Assembly: GCA_013202205.1 (NCBI GenBank)
Contig: JABMSB010000028.1
Coordinates: 19,370 to 83,369, forward strand
DNA: 64,000 bases
Direction of reading: 5' to 3'
DNA from: Candidatus Omnitrophota bacterium
Lineage (GTDB): Bacteria; Omnitrophota; Gorgyraeia; JABMSB01
Of the stretch, positions 59,019 to 64,000 are shown piece after piece; the stretch's first letter is position 1, and every line of letters begins with the position of its first letter. The notes below the pieces were generated by a model. That model was not told where the DNA came from, made no database searches, and was given only the letters and a program-made list of their open reading frames with translations. Position numbers and translations under genes: made by a program.

Positions 59019-59339
59019 CCCACAACCTCTCTAAATTGTAAAAGCCCCCGGTCGTGCCATAGAAGATGTGTACTATCACATCCCTGTAATCCAGCAAGAC
59101 CCATAGGGCTTCTCTCTCTTACCTTCCACATGAAAAGGAGCTTTATTATACTTATCAAGCTCCTCTGATATCCCATCGGCTATTGCCGAAACCCTTCGCG
59201 TGGAACTTCCATCACAAATTACAAAATAATTACAGATGTCAGAAATGCCGCGCATGTCCTGCACAAGAACATTTTCTGCCCGTCTTTCCGGCGCGGCGTC
59301 CGCAATGAGATCGGCCTTTTCCTTAGAGTCTATCTCGCC
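58969..59339 (-). pseudogene. rsfS: ribosomal silencing factor RsfS (Iojap), apparently disrupted: 1-nt frameshift near an (AG)n tract and no canonical start codon
   Basis: Frame A from 59339 to 59076 encodes GEIDSKEKADLIADAAPERRAENVLVQDMRGISDICNYFVICDGSSTRRVSAIADGI...VEGKREKPY, then stops. Frame -1 continues WVLLDYRDVIVHIFYGTTGGFYNLERLWGD... to a stop at 58969. The two parts align colinearly with E. coli RsfS. The in-frame region after the upstream TAA has no ATG/GTG/TTG. Confidence 0.5.
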
Positions 59340-59392
59340 TTACGCTCCTTATCGAAATAGTTCCACCTGATAAGGGCGATAAAACGTGGCAA

Positions 59393-59533
59393 TTAGCCTT
59401 TCATTATTGAGTACATTCCTGTACCACAATCCGGGCACTTGCCCTTCATGGCTTTTCTGCCATTCTTCATCGTCACTTGCTTGCCATCCTGCATCTCTTT
59501 CTTGGCCTTACACTTCACACAATATGCTTGCAT
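59393..59533 (-). CDS. small zinc-ribbon protein (46 aa; CxxC-N25-CxxC), absent from the supplied ORF track
   Basis: Reverse strand reads MQAYCVKCKAKKEMQDGKQVTMKNGRKAMKGKCPDCGTGMYSIMKG, preceded by GAAGGGGGT RBS-like sequence 6 nt upstream. Lies in an otherwise unexplained 360-nt gap. Confidence 0.5.
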   Translation of the reverse strand: MQAYCVKCKAKKEMQDGKQVTMKNGRKAMKGKCPDCGTGMYSIMKG

Positions 59534-59626
59534 TATGATACCCCCTTCTTTTTTTTCTTTCCCATTTTTAAAATTTGATGATGTTAGTTTATCATATACG
59601 CATTATACTTGTCAAGAGAATCGCGC

Positions 59627-60205
59627 CTATCTGTCTTTTGAGTATAACCCCTTCTCCTTGATATACTCGTTGACACCTTTCGGAACAAGGTTGTCTATAG
59701 GTACACCTTCTTTTGCCAGACGGCGTATCTCGGTAGACGAGACATCTATGCTGGGTATCTCTACGATTTCGGTTTCTGCGGGGACACCCGTCATCTCAAA
59801 CCCCGGCCGGTTTACCACTGTAAACTTTGCAAGCCTCAAAACCTCGTCCAGGTTCTTCCATGCAGGCAACTCCCCAAGAGAGTCTGAACCTACTATAAAA
59901 TAGATCTGAGCAGAATCGCCATAGCTGGCGCGCAACTCTTTTAAGGTCTCTACCGTGTATGACTTGCCGCCCTTCTTTATCTCTATGTCGGAAACCTCAA
60001 AGAGATCGCGTCCTTCGGTTGCTATAAGCAGCATCTCGTGGCGATCTTTAGCATCGGCAAGGCTGGCATTCTCTTTATGCGGAGGGAGATGTGTGGGTAT
60101 CAAAATCATCTTATCAAGCCTGAGCTTCTTGCAGACCTCCTCAGCCAGCACAAGATGTCCGTTATGCACAGGGTTAAATGTCCCGCCCAACACACCTATC
60201 TTCAT
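59627..60205 (-). CDS. nadD: nicotinate-nucleotide adenylyltransferase
   Basis: MKIGVLGGTFNPVHNGHL (HxGH motif). Confidence 0.9.
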   Translation of the reverse strand: MKIGVLGGTFNPVHNGHLVLAEEVCKKLRLDKMILIPTHLPPHKENASLADAKDRHEMLLIATEGRDLFEVSDIEIKKGGKSYTVETLKELRASYGDSAQIYFIVGSDSLGELPAWKNLDEVLRLAKFTVVNRPGFEMTGVPAETEIVEIPSIDVSSTEIRRLAKEGVPIDNLVPKGVNEYIKEKGLYSKDR

Positions 60206-60213
60206 GACACCCC

Positions 60214-61470
60214 TTATTTCCTGATCTGCCCGTCACCATAGACGACGTATTTATATGTGGTAAGTTCTACCAATCCCATCGGCCCGCGCGCATGGAGCCT
60301 GTCGGTACTTATCCCCAACTCAGCCCCCATGCCAAACTGGCCGCCGTCGGTAAAACGTGTCGATGCGTTGATATATACAGCCGCTGAATCGACAGAACGC
60401 AGGAACTTATCTGCCGCTCTTCTATCCTCCGTAATTATCGCGTCTGAATGTTGCGACCCGAAACAGGCAATATGGGCTATCGCGTCATCTATGGAATCGA
60501 CCACCTTGACTGAGAGGATAAGGTCGAGATACTCCTCGGGCCAGTCTTTATTTGTTGCTGCCTTTATACCTTTTAAGATCTTTCTCGTGCGCGCGCAGCC
60601 TCTCATCTCAACTTGGGCATCACGCAACCTCTTCGCTACAGAAGGCAAGAACTCTTTCGCGACCTTCTTGTGAACAAGTAGTGTCTCCATGGCATTGCAT
60701 ACGCCGGGACGCTGAACCTTGGCGTTAAAAGAGATCTCCTCCGCCATATCGAGATCTGCCTCTTTGTCGACATATGTATGGCATACACCCTTATAATGTT
60801 TTATAACAGGTATTCGTGATGTCTCCGCAACCATCTTAATAAGCGACTCTCCTCCGCGCGGTATGATCAGGTCCACAAGGTCTCTTTGTTTAAGGAGAAC
60901 TCCTACGGCACGCCTATCGGTCGATTTTATAAAACCTATAGCGCCCTTAGGAATCCCTGAGGCCTTGGCCGATTTTATAAGGCTGCTATATATCGCCAGG
61001 TTCGAATTTATCGCTTCGCTGCCGCCGCGTAATATGAGCGCATTACCGCTCATAAGGCAGAGCCCTACGGAATCACTCGTCACGTTGGGACGAGATTCGT
61101 ATATGATACCAACCACACCTATAGATACCCTCATCTTGCCTATCAGAAGTCCATTCGGCCTTTTACGCCACTCTCCTATAGAGCCGACGGGATCCTTAAG
61201 TGAAGTTATCGCCTTAAGAGATTGGGCCATATCCTTTATCCTTGAATCTGTCAGGCGCAGCCGATCTATAAGAGCGCCTGAGAACCCCTTTGCCTCAGCA
61301 TCTTTTATATCCCTCGCGTTGGCACGCTTGATGGAAGAGGTGTCTTTTAACAAACCCTTTGCCATCAACAAGAGGGCTTTTCTTTTCGCTTGTGTGCTCA
61401 GAAGCGCCAATTCGGCCGAAGCCCGCTTCGCCTCTTGCGCAACTCGTACTACATCAGCAATTGTGCTCAT
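60214..61470 (-). CDS. proA: glutamate-5-semialdehyde dehydrogenase (gamma-glutamyl phosphate reductase)
   Basis: 418 aa ALDH-fold ProA. Adjacent to proB. Confidence 0.9.
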   Translation of the reverse strand: MSTIADVVRVAQEAKRASAELALLSTQAKRKALLLMAKGLLKDTSSIKRANARDIKDAEAKGFSGALIDRLRLTDSRIKDMAQSLKAITSLKDPVGSIGEWRKRPNGLLIGKMRVSIGVVGIIYESRPNVTSDSVGLCLMSGNALILRGGSEAINSNLAIYSSLIKSAKASGIPKGAIGFIKSTDRRAVGVLLKQRDLVDLIIPRGGESLIKMVAETSRIPVIKHYKGVCHTYVDKEADLDMAEEISFNAKVQRPGVCNAMETLLVHKKVAKEFLPSVAKRLRDAQVEMRGCARTRKILKGIKAATNKDWPEEYLDLILSVKVVDSIDDAIAHIACFGSQHSDAIITEDRRAADKFLRSVDSAAVYINASTRFTDGGQFGMGAELGISTDRLHARGPMGLVELTTYKYVVYGDGQIRK

Positions 61471-61481
61471 TGTTTACCTCG

Positions 61482-62591
61482 TTATGTTAAAAGGACAAGA
61501 TTATCCCGATGGATCACTTCGTCATAATCCTTATATCCCAAGATCTCCTCTATCTGGCTAGTATGTTTACCCTGTATCTTGTGGATCTCTGATGAGGAAT
61601 AGTTTGAAAGCCCTCGGGCAAACTCATGGCCTGCGGTATCTGCGATCCTGATAACATCGCCTGTTTCGAATCTACCGCTTATGCCCGTCACACCCTTTGC
61701 CAGGAGGCTCTTACCACGCTCAATGAGCGCACTCTTGGCTCCGGCATCGACTTTCACTATGCCCTGGGCCCTTGAGAAGTGCGCAATCCACCGTTTTCTT
61801 GCAACAGTCCGCTTCTCTTTTGCAAAGAAGCGCGTACCCACCTTCTGGTCAGATAGTATCTTGGCCAATATATCTTTTCTTCTGCCGCTTGCAATCACGC
61901 AAGGTATACCCGATGATGTCACGACCTTCGCGGCATCTATCTTAGTCGCCATACCGCCTACACCCAGACACCCCGCGCCCTTGACGACCAGGGCCTCAAG
62001 ATCCTTTGTGATCTCCCTGACTTCATAGATCGTTTCGACTGGTTTTTTGCCCGATTCGTCAAACCTGAAGAGATTGTCGACATCTGAGAGCAGAATCAAA
62101 AGATCTGCCTCTGACATATCGGCTACGAGAGCAGAGAGACGATCATTGTCACCGAATCGTATCTCATCCGTTGAAACCGTATCATTCTCATTTATTATGG
62201 GTATGATAGACCTATCGATGATGCTCATGAGCGTATTCTTGGCATTGAGAAAACGGAGCCTTGCATCCATATCCTCCTGCGTAAGCAGCATCTGGGCGGT
62301 CAGGTAGCCCTCCTTCTTAAAGAGCTGCCCGTATATCTTCATAAGCTGTCCCTGTCCCACTGCAGCGCATGCCTGAAGGTCGGGCAATGACTTTGGTCTT
62401 TTTTTAAGACCAAGCAGTCCCATCCCGGCGCCTATGGCGCCTGAGCTGACCAAGACGACCTGGTGGCCTTTCTTCATCAGCTTTGAAACCTGATCGACCA
62501 ACGACCTCATCCTGCTCCTATCCAAAAGAAATGTTGAGGTCGATGCAATAACGCTGGTTCCTATCTTTATCACTATCTTTCGATAACGCAT
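61482..62591 (-). CDS. proB: glutamate 5-kinase with C-terminal PUA domain
   Basis: IVIKIGTSVI amino-acid kinase start. 369 aa. Confidence 0.9.
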   Translation of the reverse strand: MRYRKIVIKIGTSVIASTSTFLLDRSRMRSLVDQVSKLMKKGHQVVLVSSGAIGAGMGLLGLKKRPKSLPDLQACAAVGQGQLMKIYGQLFKKEGYLTAQMLLTQEDMDARLRFLNAKNTLMSIIDRSIIPIINENDTVSTDEIRFGDNDRLSALVADMSEADLLILLSDVDNLFRFDESGKKPVETIYEVREITKDLEALVVKGAGCLGVGGMATKIDAAKVVTSSGIPCVIASGRRKDILAKILSDQKVGTRFFAKEKRTVARKRWIAHFSRAQGIVKVDAGAKSALIERGKSLLAKGVTGISGRFETGDVIRIADTAGHEFARGLSNYSSSEIHKIQGKHTSQIEEILGYKDYDEVIHRDNLVLLT

Positions 62592-62610
62592 CTTTAAATA
62601 ACCCCCGTAT

Positions 62611-63579
62611 TCAAAGTTTGTGCTTCTTTAGCACCTTGTAAATTCCACCGATTAACTCTTCTATGCCTTCACCCGTAACAGCCGATATCGGGTAGACCTT
62701 CTCTTTTATACCTTTTTTGAATCTATCAAATCCTTCCTTCGAATCCGGTAGATCCAACTTGTTTGCAACAATCACCTGCGGTTTATCTATCAACTCCTTG
62801 CTGTAAAGTCTCAGCTCCTCATTGAGAGAATAAAAATCTTTGAGGGGGTCCGGTCGTTCAAAGAGGCTGACATCAACTAAGTGCAGGAGTATGCGCGTGC
62901 GCTCCACGTGCCTTAAGAATCTATCGCCGAGTCCGCGTCCTGCATGCGCCCCCTCTATGAGCCCCGGTATATCCGCAACGACGAAACTCCCGTCATAGGC
63001 CTTGACCATTCCCAATGTCGGTTCTTTTGTCGTAAAGGGGTAGTTTGCTATCTTAGGCTTTGCGCGGGAGATCCGCGATATAAGTGTAGACTTCCCCGCA
63101 TTCGGGTACCCGATGATACCCACGTCGGCTATTAGCTTCAGCTCAAACCGTAATTCCTTGTTTTCGCCCTCATAGCCTTCGGTAGAAATTCGCCTCTTGC
63201 TGTTGCCCCGGCCACCATCACCACCCCTGCATACTATGAATTTATCATTGTCGACGGTCAGATCACGCAAAAGGAGGCTGTTCCCGGCATCGTAAACAAT
63301 AGTGCCCGGAGGGACTCTTACCAGACAGTCTTCTCCATCGGCGCCCCTCATGTGGTTGGAGCTACCATGTTTGCCTGAGCTTGCCCTGAAGTGATGATGA
63401 TATCGAAAATTGAGGAGGGTGGCTATATTCCTATCAGCCATAATGATGACAGACCCGCCGTTGCCGCCGTCTCCGCCATCGGGCCTGCGTCTCATTGTCA
63501 GCCTGGACGTCGCAAAACTGTTGCAACCATTGCCGCCCTTGCCGGCCTGTACAGCAATCTTTGCGCTGTCAACAAACAT
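62611..63579 (-). CDS. obg: GTPase Obg/CgtA (short form without C-terminal extension)
   Basis: MFVDSAKIAVQAGKGGNGCNSFATS Obg fold with glycine-rich GGDGGNGG, then G1 motif GYPNAGKST. Confidence 0.9.
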   Translation of the reverse strand: MFVDSAKIAVQAGKGGNGCNSFATSRLTMRRRPDGGDGGNGGSVIIMADRNIATLLNFRYHHHFRASSGKHGSSNHMRGADGEDCLVRVPPGTIVYDAGNSLLLRDLTVDNDKFIVCRGGDGGRGNSKRRISTEGYEGENKELRFELKLIADVGIIGYPNAGKSTLISRISRAKPKIANYPFTTKEPTLGMVKAYDGSFVVADIPGLIEGAHAGRGLGDRFLRHVERTRILLHLVDVSLFERPDPLKDFYSLNEELRLYSKELIDKPQVIVANKLDLPDSKEGFDRFKKGIKEKVYPISAVTGEGIEELIGGIYKVLKKHKL

Positions 63580-63612
63580 ATCTTTGGGTTATCGCCTATG
63601 GGGTGTATAGTT

Positions 63613-63867
63613 TCAGGTACGGGATGGAGCCGGTATAATACTGATGACCCTATGGTTCTTGAAATGGACCTTGCCGTCTATCCTGGCAAAAAGCGTATCG
63701 TCCTTGCCCCTCCCGACATTTAAACCAGGCATGAACTTCGTCCCTCGCTGCCGTACCAGTATACTGCCAGCGGTGACGTACTCTTCACTAAAGCGCTTAA
63801 CGCCTAAGCGTTGCGCATGACTATCTCTGCCGTTACGCGAGCTACCTAAACCTTTTTTATGAGCCAT
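63613..63867 (-). CDS. rpmA: 50S ribosomal protein L27
   Basis: [26 protein letters not shown]... Confidence 0.9.
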   Translation of the reverse strand: MAHKKGLGSSRNGRDSHAQRLGVKRFSEEYVTAGSILVRQRGTKFMPGLNVGRGKDDTLFARIDGKVHFKNHRVISIIPAPSRT

Positions 63868-63899
63868 AGCTTACCTCTTTTTGACAAGTCCACACAAAC

Positions 63900-64000
63900 T
63901 TATTCTATCGTTATGTCCTTGACCTTTAGCTTTGTAAAATCTCTCCTGCTTCCCACTTTGGTCTTGCAACTCTTCCGTCTCTTATACATAAAGAAGACCG
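63900..64000 (-). CDS. rplU: 50S ribosomal protein L21, C-terminal fragment (gene starts beyond the window end)
   Basis: Reverse strand ends ...YKRRKSCKTKVGSRRDFTKLKVKDITIE-stop, matching the L21 C-terminus (GHRQWFTDVKITGI in E. coli). The conserved rplU-rpmA-obg order supports it. Confidence 0.65.
   Translation of the reverse strand, partial: VFFMYKRRKSCKTKVGSRRDFTKLKVKDITIE

Noticed and set aside
59580-59626. TTGACAAGTATAAT upstream of the small zinc-ribbon ORF as a promoter
   Set aside because: The -35-like and -10-like hexamers are only 2 nt apart, so they cannot act as a canonical sigma70 pair. There may be a promoter here, but I cannot place its elements confidently.
738-63723. All plus-strand ORFs in the supplied track (for example 23930..24580, 28068..28673, 60863..61561)
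   Set aside because: Each lies antisense within a well-supported minus-strand gene. They have biased, low-complexity or Ser/Arg/Pro-rich translations and no recognisable domains. They are shadow ORFs typical of a roughly 50% GC genome.
1-64000. CRISPR arrays, insertion sequences, integrases, rRNA or tRNA genes
   Set aside because: No spacer-repeat periodicity, no transposase or integrase-like ORF, and no intergenic region longer than about 150 nt apart from the rsfS region. Nothing of these types is supportable.

Overview
This 64-kb window is a very compact chromosomal segment in which every supportable gene lies on the minus strand. All plus-strand ORFs in the supplied track are antisense shadows and none is called. 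The likely source is an anaerobic, diderm, CO2-fixing bacterium. I see no rRNA, tRNA, CRISPR or mobile element.

1. Positions 1-14606 hold a Wood-Ljungdahl (reductive acetyl-CoA) block, in transcription order: fhs, two pilin-like genes, fchA, folD, metF, cooS, cooF, an FAD oxidoreductase, acsB, acsC, a RACo-type corrinoid activator, then cooC running off the window. The two tandem prepilin-type genes carry a near-identical 5' leader and sit between fhs and fchA inside this operon.
2. Positions 14603-24801 hold housekeeping genes: rnhB, rplS, trmD, rpsP, murA, prmC, prfA, rpmE, rho, coaE and polA.
3. Positions 24953-40160 hold a complete hybrid type II secretion / type IVa pilus locus. It has two tandem GspE/PilB ATPases, a GspF platform protein, and GspG/H/I/J/K-like pseudopilins. 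It has a PilM-PilN fusion, a PilO-like and a PilP-like protein. A TPR protein carries the secretin N0 domain, and a separate short secretin follows. A standalone HAMP membrane protein and a perfect 26-nt palindrome precede the locus.
4. Upstream lie larB and larC, an HTH-membrane protein, a bactofilin-HTH fusion, mgtC, tsaD, ctpA, gatCAB, rsmA, pdxA and two PpiC/SurA-type genes. Then come an unusually compact Mfd (639 aa, domains D2-RID-translocase only), argS, and a GAF/HD-GYP c-di-GMP phosphodiesterase. They are followed by a frameshifted rsfS, an unannotated 46-aa zinc-ribbon ORF, nadD, proA, proB, obg, rpmA, and rplU running off the window end.

The most interesting points are the pilin pair with a conserved leader embedded in the acetyl-CoA pathway operon; the split secretin and PilM-PilN fusion; prepilins with Ala or Ser at the -1 cleavage position; the minimal Mfd; the bactofilin-HTH plus HTH-TM pair; and the disrupted rsfS.
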